A stretch of DNA of 64,000 bases from a virus (taxonomy: Duplodnaviria > Heunggongvirae > Uroviricota > Caudoviricetes), in IMG/VR virus record IMGVR_UViG_3300032167_000069; one strand, 5' to 3'. Of the stretch, positions 1-9,359 are shown piece by piece. Position 1 is the first letter of the stretch. Each line of letters starts with the position of its first letter. The translations under genes were made by a program, and so were the position numbers. The notes under the pieces are model-generated. The model had not been told where the DNA came from. It made no database searches and saw only the letters and a program-made list of their open reading frames with translations.

Positions 1-393
1 ATAAGAAAGTCCTGAACCAAAAGCTTGGCTTGCATCAGATTGCTGACCTACCATAGCCCACGGTACGATAACTCTGTCTTCAGGTTTATCATTGTTGACC
101 CAATGCCACTCCATATCGCAATGAACAAGAATTTCATTTACTTTATCTTCATAAATCTTTCCATCCCTCGTGGACTTTGTTTTTGTGTAGCTGTATGGTT
201 CTACCTGAGTAGTACCACCAACAATATTGGGCACAAGAGAAACACCAAGCTTATCCATTAATCCTGTTATCTTTGAAAGAATGACGTCTTCGGTTACATA
301 CTTATAACCGTACCCATCTTTATTTTTCTGTAAAATTTCAACAGGCTTACGGATTTTTGCAAGTTTTTGATAAATATTAAGTTCTTCAGCCAT
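1..393 (-). CDS. Phage protein, partial: gene starts at 393 and runs leftward off the window. Possible ssDNA-binding/annealing-type protein.
   Basis: A GGAGGG ribosome-binding site sits 4 nt before the ATG at 391-393 (minus). The frame stays open to position 1: MAEELNIYQKLAKIRKPVE... The six-frame track omits it only because no stop falls inside the window. Confidence 0.4.
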   Translation of the reverse strand, partial: MAEELNIYQKLAKIRKPVEILQKNKDGYGYKYVTEDVILSKITGLMDKLGVSLVPNIVGGTTQVEPYSYTKTKSTRDGKIYEDKVNEILVHCDMEWHWVNNDKPEDRVIVPWAMVGQQSDASQAFGSGLSY

Positions 394-444
394 ATAGCCC
401 TCCATTTATTATTCTTTATAATTGCATTGAACGGAAAAAATTTT

Positions 445-699
445 TTACTTCATCAAAACAACATTGTCTAAGAAGGTATAATATGTCTTTCCATCAATTT
501 TAACTTGTATTGCATCGGAATCCGAATAATCCTTCCAAGATTCAACCTTTCCTGATACAGTTGAACCATCTGGCATTGCAATAATTGCACTGTCAAACGA
601 ATATGTAGTATCAATTATCTGCTGATTGCATCCTGATAAAAATAACACGGCAATCAATGCTATAACTGACAACAATAAACATACTGTCTTCTTGCTCAT
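445..699 (-). CDS. Small lipoprotein
   Basis: The internal start MSKKTVCLLLSVIALIAVLFLSGC gives a signal peptide plus lipobox (LSGC). The upstream part of the listed ORF overlaps the neighbouring gene. Confidence 0.45.
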   Translation of the reverse strand: MSKKTVCLLLSVIALIAVLFLSGCNQQIIDTTYSFDSAIIAMPDGSTVSGKVESWKDYSDSDAIQVKIDGKTYYTFLDNVVLMK

Positions 700-700
700 T

Positions 701-1327
701 TTACTTAACCTCATTTCCTTCTTCCGCTTCGAGAAGATATGTCGCTTCCATATCAGCCAAGTGCAGCATTGCTGCCAATGGACACATCTCATAAGCTTTA
801 CTCATAGAAAAATCTCCGCCCTTCACGGCTGCATCAAATCCACCCATATGGTGCCTTATTGCAAGCAATTCATCAACGGATAACTCTTTCAAAAACCATT
901 GAATTATAATGCAACTTTTCTCACCGTGACCAATCGGAAACCTTTCGTCAACTTCATAAACCTCTTTTTTATACCACTGACCCGTTTCTTCATCTTTAAC
1001 GTTTCTTGTACCAACTTTGTAATAATTGGCTTTGCATAAATCGTGAAACAATGAACAAATCGCTATAGTTTCTTCGCTGATATTTAATTCTGGATATTTC
1101 TTAGCCATTCGCAATAAACATTCATACACATTCAATGAGTGAAAAACCAACCCACCGGCATATGAACCGTGAAATCTTGTGCTTGCTGGAGCAATAAAGA
1201 AATCGCTTTTCTCAAGCCAATCTATAAGTTCATTAATGCCTTCTCTATTTATTTTTTCTTTGCAAATACTCAAGAATTTATCTTTTAATGCTTGTATATC
1301 CACTTTCAGCATCCTCCTTTCATTCAA
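701..1327 (-). CDS. HD-domain phosphohydrolase
   Basis: The H..HD..K and HHMGGFD motifs (FHDLCK ... HHMGGFD) are typical of the HD metal-dependent phosphohydrolase superfamily. Confidence 0.6.
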   Translation of the reverse strand: MNERRMLKVDIQALKDKFLSICKEKINREGINELIDWLEKSDFFIAPASTRFHGSYAGGLVFHSLNVYECLLRMAKKYPELNISEETIAICSLFHDLCKANYYKVGTRNVKDEETGQWYKKEVYEVDERFPIGHGEKSCIIIQWFLKELSVDELLAIRHHMGGFDAAVKGGDFSMSKAYEMCPLAAMLHLADMEATYLLEAEEGNEVK

Positions 1328-1542
1328 AGATATCTATGTAAACCCTTTCGGGATAATTGTTTTAATAACACATAATATAATTTCAACGCTAATTTTTGAT
1401 GCCATCTTAAATTTTCATAATCATTTAAGGTTGGTTGTTGTGTATATGATGTGCTATGTTCTGGTTCTGAACACTTGTGACAAACCATTCTGCCTTCAGG
1501 TATGATTTTGCCACAACAGACGCAAGTATCGACGTTTTCCAT
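1324..1542 (-). CDS. Small zinc-ribbon protein
   Basis: CVCCGK...CHKC gives a CxxC...CxxC pair. Confidence 0.4.
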   Translation of the reverse strand: MENVDTCVCCGKIIPEGRMVCHKCSEPEHSTSYTQQPTLNDYENLRWHQKLALKLYYVLLKQLSRKGLHRYL

Positions 1543-1645
1543 CTCTCAATCACCTCTAACTATGTAATGATAGATTCTTTGAAACACCGTGAAAAAGAAC
1601 GGATAAATCGCTACTTTTCCCTAATGTTCAAATCGAAAATCAAAT

Positions 1646-2425
1646 TTAATGAACCGGAGATTTCCAGTTTTCATTTCTCAAATCAAAGGCATTGCCACAT
1701 TGTATAATGTCAGGAAAGTTACTGTGTGCTATTTCGATAGCATATTTATCAATTTCATAGGCGTAATATTTTATATTCGTAAACCCCATTTTGTCCAAGC
1801 AATATCTGCCTGTACCAATGCCATCATACATAGACAAAACAATAATTTCTTCATCTTTAGGTATGCCTTTTAAAACCTCATTTAAAATATGTATAATAAT
1901 CTCAGCAGTCCAACCATTTCCTAAAGCTTTACGAGCTTGATTAATGGAAACTGCTCTGCAATAATTTGATGGTAAGGTTTGTAGTCTACAACTCTCTGCA
2001 ACGGAAAGTTTTCTTATGGAATAAAACCCGTCTGTCAAATTCAAATCAATATATTTATCTTTAATTTTTATTTGACCATTTTTAACTTCGTAATCGCAAT
2101 CTATATAACGTCCAACCTCTTCTGGCGGATGTTCTATATATTTTATTGGGATTGCATACAAACCTGTTTTCGCACCTAACCCTCCACCAGCAGCTATCTG
2201 TGTTACGCTTTTACCATATGCGGAATAAATTCTTTCCCCTTGTCCACCTTTTCCTATCTTTCCAAGCAAGAGCGGTTTATTACAATATTCATTACTTAAT
2301 AAAATATTGTTTTTATACACATCTTTTGCGAAAGGAGGAATGTGTGATGATAAAGCTATTATTGGGAGGTTCTCCCTGTACTTACTGGAGTATTGCACAG
2401 AAGAACAACCGTGAAATTGAAGCAA
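1646..2425 (-). CDS. C5 cytosine DNA methyltransferase fragment carrying motifs IX-X followed by motifs I-III. True start uncertain.
   Basis: ESCRLQTLP...GNGWTAEII matches motifs IX/X. LSMYDGIGTGRYCL matches motif I. YAYEIDKYA...NFPD matches motifs II/III. No PC or ENV motif is present in this frame. The listed start overlaps the plus-strand gene 2347..2703. Confidence 0.5.
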   Translation of the reverse strand: MLQFHGCSSVQYSSKYRENLPIIALSSHIPPFAKDVYKNNILLSNEYCNKPLLLGKIGKGGQGERIYSAYGKSVTQIAAGGGLGAKTGLYAIPIKYIEHPPEEVGRYIDCDYEVKNGQIKIKDKYIDLNLTDGFYSIRKLSVAESCRLQTLPSNYCRAVSINQARKALGNGWTAEIIIHILNEVLKGIPKDEEIIVLSMYDGIGTGRYCLDKMGFTNIKYYAYEIDKYAIEIAHSNFPDIIQCGNAFDLRNENWKSPVH

Positions 2426-2703
2426 GCGGACAAGGTTGGGAGCTATTCAAAAACTATCTTATAGCAAAAGAAAAATTCCAGCCCGATTACTTTCTTTATG
2501 AAAATAACAAGTCCGCATCGCCTCAAATTAAAGAACAAATATGCCGAGAATTAGGCACTAATCTAATGTATATAAACAGCTCGCTCGTTTCCGCCCAGAA
2601 CAGACAGAGGTTTTACTGTTTTAATTGGGAAGTTGAGCAGCCGGTTGATAGGAATTTAGTATTGAAAGATATTTTAGACGCCGATGATAAAAACAATATT
2701 TGA
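2347..2703 (+). CDS. C5 cytosine DNA methyltransferase fragment carrying catalytic motifs IV-VIII only
   Basis: AGGAGG lies 9 nt upstream of the ATG at 2347. GGSPCTYWS matches motif IV (a PC variant), YENN matches motif VI, SAQNRQRFY matches motif VIII. The ORF ends soon after motif VIII. Confidence 0.5.
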   Translation: MIKLLLGGSPCTYWSIAQKNNREIEASGQGWELFKNYLIAKEKFQPDYFLYENNKSASPQIKEQICRELGTNLMYINSSLVSAQNRQRFYCFNWEVEQPVDRNLVLKDILDADDKNNI

Positions 2704-2708
2704 GACTT

Positions 2709-3386
2709 TTACCAAAGCTTGATAACTTTGTCGTAAAGTACAGTGTGTTTCTCATCCACATCTTGGTCAACGTGGTAATGACCACAATACCAATGATTAA
2801 ATTTTACATCTTCATCAATACATCTGAAGAAGTTTGTCAATTTATCGTGACTAAAGTGCTCCGATATTCTATCCTGTGTATTATCACTTGCACAATGAGT
2901 AAAAATATATTCTACTTCATTGTCATTCTTTTTCAAGTTTGATAGAGCTTCTGCATACTCCTCTTCGGATGGCATTTCTCTATCCCACCACGTCATACCT
3001 TCAATTCGATATTCTTTGTCGTGAGACTCAGCTCCGCCCATAGTGAATATCTTATGCCCGTCAATTGTATATACTTGTCCACGCATAAGATGGATAATAG
3101 AGTCGGAAATCATATGTACCTTTCCGCCATTCCACTCTACTACCGGTAATTCATCAAGAGCTTCGTGATTCTCGTGATTACCGTCTATATATAAAGTTGT
3201 CCAGTTCTTGCTGTTAAACCATTTCTGTATATAGGCGTCGTGGGAATCCATATCCCACACAGCAGCACAGTCACCGCAGATTAAAACATAATCGTTTTTG
3301 GTTAATGCTTTACTGTCAAATCTTTTTGAAGTTAATTTGTATATGTCATAATCTCCGTGAGTATCACCACATACATATAAACTCAT
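2709..3386 (-). CDS. Calcineurin-like metallophosphoesterase (Ser/Thr phosphatase family)
   Basis: GDTHG, GDCAAVWD and GNHE motifs. Confidence 0.65.
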   Translation of the reverse strand: MSLYVCGDTHGDYDIYKLTSKRFDSKALTKNDYVLICGDCAAVWDMDSHDAYIQKWFNSKNWTTLYIDGNHENHEALDELPVVEWNGGKVHMISDSIIHLMRGQVYTIDGHKIFTMGGAESHDKEYRIEGMTWWDREMPSEEEYAEALSNLKKNDNEVEYIFTHCASDNTQDRISEHFSHDKLTNFFRCIDEDVKFNHWYCGHYHVDQDVDEKHTVLYDKVIKLW

Positions 3387-3516
3387 AATCGCTACCTCCT
3401 AAAATCAATATAAAACAAGGATTTTATTATTTCTTTTTCAACGAATTAATGATTTCAGGCAGAGCTTCACATACTATAAATACACATACAACAACTGTAA
3501 TACAAATTAATTCCAT

Positions 3517-3777
3517 TTAGATTGCCTCCTTGCCAAGCAAGCCCTCAAAATTCGATACAATCTTGGAGTTTTCATTTCTCAGTTTATCAAGGGTGTTTTG
3601 CTCGTTCTCAATAGCCTTCAGTCTTTGTACATTGGCTGCCTTTTCTTCATCAATTCTTTGGTTTGTATCCTTTAAAGAGTTGATAAGGGTATGTATAACG
3701 CCAATAGCCTGACTTGATTGCTCCTGCAATGTTTCGAGTACACTCTTCTGAGCCGTCTTTTTAAATAGCTGAACCAT
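3517..3777 (-). CDS. Hypothetical coiled-coil protein
   Basis: ORF of 86 aa with a heptad-like charged sequence. Confidence 0.35.
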   Translation of the reverse strand: MVQLFKKTAQKSVLETLQEQSSQAIGVIHTLINSLKDTNQRIDEEKAANVQRLKAIENEQNTLDKLRNENSKIVSNFEGLLGKEAI

Positions 3778-3955
3778 AGTTATATATCCTTTCTATTAAA
3801 TATTAGCAATTATTCTCTCAAACTCTTCTATGTTAACAATAGGAGGTTCTTTTTCTTTGCTACGCCTAAGAACCCACTTTGTTACATTTAAAATTTTCTT
3901 GTGAGACCAATCGCTATGTTTTGTTTTAATGCTAAAATAAATTGTCAAAAAATGA

Positions 3956-5035
3956 TTATTCATCGTGCTTTAACAAGAATAAAGGATCGACGGCTTTAAA
4001 GCTCTGCTTACCGTCTTTACTTCTAAAAACCAAACCTTCTCTCAAAGTTTCGTGAAGTTGGCTCTGACCGTGAGCATAATCAAGAACCTCATTGACTGTA
4101 TCTGGTAACACATAATCTGTTGCAATAATAGGAACAAATTTCAAACCGTGTTGATTACAAATACTCTGAGCGGTTAAAGAATTCATCCTGCCTGTTGGAT
4201 AGATTAAATTAAATATGTATAAATCAGGCTCAGTAACCTTATACTTATTGCCTTGTACATTGGATGCAATGCATTCACCTTGTAATGCAATCCAATCTCT
4301 ATCACCAATCATATTCTTTAATGCGTTTTCAATTTGATATCTATCTGAAACACGCCAATATGATGAGTTATCTTTTGCTCCCAGTCTAAGATTTCTCGAA
4401 CAAACTATGTATTCAAACTTATCTTTTATTAATGGAATCCTTGATTTGTGACGTACTAAACAGAATGTTCCGCTTTGACCATCAATCTTTTCTGTAACAA
4501 TCCATTCCCTTTTGTCGTTTAGTATAAATGGCATATTTTGAATTCGTGTTTCATCTGTCTTACTAATGAAGTCAGGAAAACCTTTCTTTTGTTTTTTAGG
4601 TAACACAAGCTTTCTAAACCATTTAAACCTCATCAGAAATTTAGGGTACTTCTTAGCTTTGGTAGATACTTCGCTTCCCTCTGTTTCCCTATCCATTGTC
4701 TTTTCATATTGTTTAATCCCGATTATTTCTGTAACATCATCTTCGAGTTTGTACTCTCCCTCTGGCAAAATCGAGAGAGGAAAACAAATACCCTGAGAAA
4801 TCACACCTGCCATTTTCATCGTTTTAATTCTGTAATTATTTTTGCTTAAAAACTCAAATTCAGGCTTCGCAGGCAAAACAGAATCGATTTCAACGTAAAC
4901 GCATTTGTCTCCAATTTTAAACTCATCCTTTTTAACAATTACGCTCCAACCATCGACCATAGCCAAAACTATCCTGTCTTTACCTTCTATCGGAATGATA
5001 TCCGAGATAGCCTTAATGCTTGCCAATTTTCTCAT
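3956..5035 (-). CDS. ATP-dependent RNA ligase family nucleotidyltransferase
   Basis: TEKIDGQSG is a KxDG motif I of covalent nucleotidyltransferases. Its size and its neighbourhood with a kinase/HD enzyme suggest an RNA-repair ligase. Confidence 0.55.
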   Translation of the reverse strand: MRKLASIKAISDIIPIEGKDRIVLAMVDGWSVIVKKDEFKIGDKCVYVEIDSVLPAKPEFEFLSKNNYRIKTMKMAGVISQGICFPLSILPEGEYKLEDDVTEIIGIKQYEKTMDRETEGSEVSTKAKKYPKFLMRFKWFRKLVLPKKQKKGFPDFISKTDETRIQNMPFILNDKREWIVTEKIDGQSGTFCLVRHKSRIPLIKDKFEYIVCSRNLRLGAKDNSSYWRVSDRYQIENALKNMIGDRDWIALQGECIASNVQGNKYKVTEPDLYIFNLIYPTGRMNSLTAQSICNQHGLKFVPIIATDYVLPDTVNEVLDYAHGQSQLHETLREGLVFRSKDGKQSFKAVDPLFLLKHDE

Positions 5036-5614
5036 TTAATCATTTCCTTCCTTTGATAGTATTTCATCGAGTGTTACAGGTTCGTAATCCCAATACATAC
5101 ATCCAACGTTATATATGCGATTTTGAAAACCTGCATCATTTAATGTTTTTGCTATTTTTCTCTCTTCTACTGCCTCAGCCGTAGTGTGAGAATGACCGTG
5201 CAAATGAACTGTGCCATAATAATGTCCGTTATACATTGGCATAAAATAATGGCTTAATATACATCTTTGCTTATTACCATTTTCAAGAGTAACCACTATG
5301 TCATCGTAGTCTTTTATCCCGGCTAAACATTTCTTTGCCTTTGCATTATGTAAAAATTTATCGTGATTACCTTTGATTAGAATTATTTGACCATTTAATT
5401 GATTTAAAATATCTGAAGCATCATTATTACGAGTTGACCAAATTAAATCGCCTAAAACATACACAAGGTCTCCCGGTGATACTTTTTTATTCCATCTACG
5501 AATTAATTCTGCATCCATCTCCTCTACTGATGTAAAGGGTCTATTATCAAATCTTAGGACATTTGAATGTCCGAAGTGTAAGTCACTTGTAAAAAACACT
5601 TTTTGCTTTTGCAT
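5036..5614 (-). CDS. Metallophosphoesterase
   Basis: DLHFGH, GDL, GNHD and HGHSH motifs. Confidence 0.6.
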   Translation of the reverse strand: MQKQKVFFTSDLHFGHSNVLRFDNRPFTSVEEMDAELIRRWNKKVSPGDLVYVLGDLIWSTRNNDASDILNQLNGQIILIKGNHDKFLHNAKAKKCLAGIKDYDDIVVTLENGNKQRCILSHYFMPMYNGHYYGTVHLHGHSHTTAEAVEERKIAKTLNDAGFQNRIYNVGCMYWDYEPVTLDEILSKEGND

Positions 5615-5625
5615 ACTTTCACCTC

Positions 5626-6528
5626 TTAATGTGCTTCTCTATCGCACTCATGCAACATCATAATGTCATCATAAAACTGCTCGCCCAACAACTTCTTATA
5701 ACGTTTCTTTGTTTTTTCGAGAACCCAAAAATACGGAGCCATATGCCACTGTATATATGCGGCTCTTGATAAAACTTCTAAAGTATTTGAAACGCCACCC
5801 TGTTCAAACAAACTCATATATGCTGAAACGTGATGATGTTCATAATAATGTGCGACTCCATCTTTAAACGATTGTGTGTAAACCTTACCAATATCGTGTA
5901 ATAATGCAGCCTCTTTTAAGCTATCTACAAAAGTTGAACCACACATTATCTTATAGCAGTCATACATATGTTCACCGAGCGAAAGGCTGTGATGTGGATT
6001 CTTTTGGTCAAAGTCATATAACAATGAAGTTTTGTTAATCAAACCTTCAATATTATTTCCTGCACAATATTCGTCTGGATAACATAATTGAATATCATTC
6101 CAACCCTCATACCAATATGGTGTATAAAAAGCTCTGACCATTTTCCATATTACTTCTTTATCAACGACCCTGCTTCTCTGCTTTTGTCTATTGATACACT
6201 CTCTTATGGGTGTAGCCATTACAACAGCTATTGCTTTAAATTCAAATTTGCTTCTTAATTGTTCGAGCAACACCTTACGTCTTTTATAGTTAATGTTTGT
6301 TGCGTCATAGATTACAGACTTTCCTTGTCCTAATGCTGTAATCGTTCTTTTATACATTTCCTCGAAAACTTTAGTATTGTCAGTTTGGTCAGAAGCATCA
6401 CCAAACAATTCTTCTCTTATTGCATCCGAGGATAAAAGTATCGCATTATGTACCTTTGCAAGTTCCTTTGCTTTTTCTGTTTTCCCCGAACCCGGAAGAC
6501 CGACCATTTGAATAAACTTTAATTCCAC
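5626..6528 (-). CDS. Bifunctional P-loop polynucleotide-kinase-like / HD phosphohydrolase protein
   Basis: N-terminal GLPGSGKT Walker A and C-terminal HD motif (LHDIGK). This architecture is found in RNA end-healing enzymes. Confidence 0.55.
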   Translation of the reverse strand: MELKFIQMVGLPGSGKTEKAKELAKVHNAILLSSDAIREELFGDASDQTDNTKVFEEMYKRTITALGQGKSVIYDATNINYKRRKVLLEQLRSKFEFKAIAVVMATPIRECINRQKQRSRVVDKEVIWKMVRAFYTPYWYEGWNDIQLCYPDEYCAGNNIEGLINKTSLLYDFDQKNPHHSLSLGEHMYDCYKIMCGSTFVDSLKEAALLHDIGKVYTQSFKDGVAHYYEHHHVSAYMSLFEQGGVSNTLEVLSRAAYIQWHMAPYFWVLEKTKKRYKKLLGEQFYDDIMMLHECDREAH

Positions 6529-6531
6529 TTC

Positions 6532-7314
6532 CTACACCTCCAGTTCCATCAAAAACGACTTTTTCAACACGTTTATAAGAACATTGTTCATCAACTCCTC
6601 GACCTCGCCGTTAATAGCCAATGGCGTTTTGTTCATATACTCATTTTTCATTTCAATTGTTTCATCAAGCTTTTCTTTGGCTATTTTTCTTGCTTCGTCT
6701 AATGAATGACAACCACGTTTCACATCAATCAAATATTCAGATATTTCTGATTTTAAACACGCTTTATAAGTTTCTCCAGAAATGTATCTGCGTGTGAATT
6801 CGTGCATTCTTAATATGTGATGAAGTTGCTTTGGATCGTAACCATACTTCTGAATTTTCTCCACCAAAGTTGGATACGGATGTTCAAGGGCTTTATACTT
6901 CTCCATACTCATTCCAGCCATACAGTTGACAAATGCATAATTGTTATATCTTGCAATCAATTCTGCGTTATCAAGCATTGGCTGATATAAGGATTTGAAA
7001 GCTTCATTTATAAGGTTGTATTTTGTAAACAAAATTTCTACAAAATTAACATTCTGCTTTTTAAAGCACTCGAACATCAATCGAATATCTTTTAAATCAA
7101 TGTGTTCGTTGGATGGAAGTATAAGTGTAGTGCTTACGGGTTTCTTGTTAAGACAGAAATCTTCAAACGAGGGTAACACAATACATTTGGTGTCTATATC
7201 GCTCCCTTCATACTCCAATCCGTAGTTTTGAGAGCCTTGTAAGAATACGCCTAACACCTTATATCCCAAACCTTCGACATATTGGAAATCTTCATTTAAA
7301 CGTTTATGTATCAT
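6532..7314 (-). CDS. Pol-beta-superfamily nucleotidyltransferase
   Basis: The GS...YGLEYEGSDIDTKC pattern (GS x9-13 DxD). Confidence 0.45.
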   Translation of the reverse strand: MIHKRLNEDFQYVEGLGYKVLGVFLQGSQNYGLEYEGSDIDTKCIVLPSFEDFCLNKKPVSTTLILPSNEHIDLKDIRLMFECFKKQNVNFVEILFTKYNLINEAFKSLYQPMLDNAELIARYNNYAFVNCMAGMSMEKYKALEHPYPTLVEKIQKYGYDPKQLHHILRMHEFTRRYISGETYKACLKSEISEYLIDVKRGCHSLDEARKIAKEKLDETIEMKNEYMNKTPLAINGEVEELMNNVLINVLKKSFLMELEV

Positions 7315-7318
7315 ACAA

Positions 7319-7639
7319 CTACTCCTCTCGTAGTTCGCCTTTCAGATAAAGCGATTGTTTGTATCGCCTACATTCTCTTGTGGCTCTTGTTCTTTCTTCT
7401 TTGCTGCGTTGGAATTCTTTCCAGTTTTCTTTTCGGTATTGTTTAGCTCTTTCTGCACTTTCTGGATTTACAATAAGCAAAACAGTTTTCTTGCTTACCT
7501 CAAATCTTTGAGCTAATTTATTCAAACTCCAATTACCTGTTTCATATTCTTCTTTAATAAGTTGTTTCTGTTCGTCAGTTAATTTTCTTCTTCTGTCCTG
7601 AAGTCCACGCAACGGTATTGTTTCAGATTTGTATGGCAA
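7319..7639 (-). CDS. Small basic HTH DNA-binding protein
   Basis: LNKLAQRFEVSKKTV is HTH-like; the C-terminus is basic. Confidence 0.4.
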   Translation of the reverse strand: MPYKSETIPLRGLQDRRRKLTDEQKQLIKEEYETGNWSLNKLAQRFEVSKKTVLLIVNPESAERAKQYRKENWKEFQRSKEERTRATRECRRYKQSLYLKGELREE

Positions 7640-7675
7640 TTTTCTCTCTCCTATTTTTATTTTGTGAAATGCTCC

Positions 7676-7930
7676 CTACAGCTTAGATACGAAATTCTTA
7701 AACTCTTTAAGCTCATCCTTGCAAATCAAGATATCAAAATAACGATACTCTTTTCCTCTGATGATAAACCAAATACGCTTTAGCTTTTCCCAGAATACGT
7801 TTGTTTGTTTTGTGTAGAAGTTATCGCTTACAAGCTGTAAGGATAGTTCGGATTCTTCATTATCAGCTTTTAATACAACTCCGTTTCCGCAACCGCATTC
7901 ACAAAATATCACGTGTTCGTTCCTTTTCAT
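7676..7930 (-). CDS. Hypothetical protein with CxxC pairs
   Basis: ORF of 84 aa: CECGCGNG... Confidence 0.35.
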   Translation of the reverse strand: MKRNEHVIFCECGCGNGVVLKADNEESELSLQLVSDNFYTKQTNVFWEKLKRIWFIIRGKEYRYFDILICKDELKEFKNFVSKL

Positions 7931-7974
7931 ACTTTACCTCCTATATATGTAAAAGCAGTATTTACTGCTGAATT

Positions 7975-8637
7975 TTAGCTTGCTTCTTCCTCTTCTTCAG
8001 GCTCGCAAATTTTTAAAAACTCATCTTCTGTAGGTAGTTTAGATAATTTGAATTCTGCCTTTAGTTTTACTGGATAATATTCATTTTCAACACCTTCGGC
8101 TCGCTCTTTTGGTTTATCTTGACAAAACCGTTCATCTTCTGATAATGGTGTTTTGTTAAATCCCTCGTAAACTTCAAATGTATTTTTATCAAAATCAATC
8201 ACATACGCCCACTCACAGAACAGACTGTCATATGCGAAATTATAATTATCTAACAATGCTATTTCTTCTTTTGTGGAATCGGCTACAAAATGCAAAATAT
8301 CCGAACCCATATTCCTACTAAACTGGGGATATGCTTTGTAAAATTTCTCACTCGTTTCACTTTTTACAAAATGTTCTACATCTATATCAATCCCAAATCC
8401 ATTGAACCACAATGCCTTATATTCTGGCTCCGTAAGGAAGAAACATTTTCCCACATTTTTCTTTAAGCTTTCAAGTTTGTTGCTTTGTAAAAATTTTAAT
8501 ACACTTACACCTTGTCCACTTGGATAACCATCCCACTGCCCATATTGAGCTATGCGTGGAATTCCGTCTTTTACGACGCCTATCATATGTCTTGTGCCCA
8601 TTTCGCACCCTCCTTTATAAAATCGGTGATTTATCAA
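7975..8637 (-). CDS. Hypothetical protein
   Basis: ORF of 220 aa, tightly packed in the leftward operon. Confidence 0.45.
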   Translation of the reverse strand: MINHRFYKGGCEMGTRHMIGVVKDGIPRIAQYGQWDGYPSGQGVSVLKFLQSNKLESLKKNVGKCFFLTEPEYKALWFNGFGIDIDVEHFVKSETSEKFYKAYPQFSRNMGSDILHFVADSTKEEIALLDNYNFAYDSLFCEWAYVIDFDKNTFEVYEGFNKTPLSEDERFCQDKPKERAEGVENEYYPVKLKAEFKLSKLPTEDEFLKICEPEEEEEAS

Positions 8638-8659
8638 TGTTTATCTTGTTTGTTTATAG

Positions 8660-8917
8660 CTATATATCGCATCCTACAAGGGTAATCATACACGCAGCAA
8701 CCTCGCCAACATAATACAGTAGATTACCTCCATCATTGCTGCATATTCCTGTGATCGCATTTTGAGAACCTGTCAGCAATTTATGTGCTACATCACTTGA
8801 GTTTTCTTCAACCCCATCATAATATCCGTAAATATGCTCACCGCTTTTTAGTATAATTTCTATTTTCCATCTTCTGTTCATAAACATCACCCTTACTTTA
8901 AATAATAATAGTAACAA
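8660..8917 (-). CDS. Hypothetical protein
   Basis: ORF of 85 aa. Confidence 0.3.
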   Translation of the reverse strand: MLLLLFKVRVMFMNRRWKIEIILKSGEHIYGYYDGVEENSSDVAHKLLTGSQNAITGICSNDGGNLLYYVGEVAACMITLVGCDI

Positions 8918-9080
8918 TGTTTATACATAGTGCTGTGATGTTTAACCCAAGCAATCCAATGCGTGTATGTTTAGATGTAAAATATGAGCTTTCATTTTTC
9001 TTATCACTAACCATTCCGTATATCCACTCTCCTACGAAGAAGAGGAAAACCAAACACAATATAATAAACAACACTTTCAT
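8898..9080 (-). CDS. Small membrane protein
   Basis: 60 aa, hydrophobic. Confidence 0.3.
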   Translation of the reverse strand: MKVLFIILCLVFLFFVGEWIYGMVSDKKNESSYFTSKHTRIGLLGLNITALCINIVTIII

Positions 9081-9096
9081 CTATATCCTCCGATTG

Positions 9097-9336
9097 TTAA
9101 ACGCAATATTTTTGGATTTTTGTATAGATATCTTCATCAGATATACAATACAGAGATTTCCATTCTACAGAAGCCATTGCTCCAAGCAAACTTTTTCCGT
9201 TAACACAGAATCCGGCATCATCAATCAACTTTACATCTCCAGAAACAGTTGATACTGTATTTACAAAATCCATAATATCTGTTGTTGTAATTAATTCGAT
9301 TTTATGTTTAAACATAATTACCCTCCTCGTATTCAA
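9097..9336 (-). CDS. Hypothetical protein
   Basis: ORF of 79 aa. Confidence 0.35.
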   Translation of the reverse strand: MNTRRVIMFKHKIELITTTDIMDFVNTVSTVSGDVKLIDDAGFCVNGKSLLGAMASVEWKSLYCISDEDIYTKIQKYCV

Positions 9337-9359
9337 TTATCTGTTATGTATAACTCAGT

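Noticed and set aside
2146-2346. N-terminal 67 codons of the listed plus-strand ORF 2146..2703
   Set aside because: The sequence is low-complexity and junk-like and overlaps the minus-strand MTase fragment. The strong AGGAGG RBS and motif IV begin at the ATG at 2347, so I used that start.
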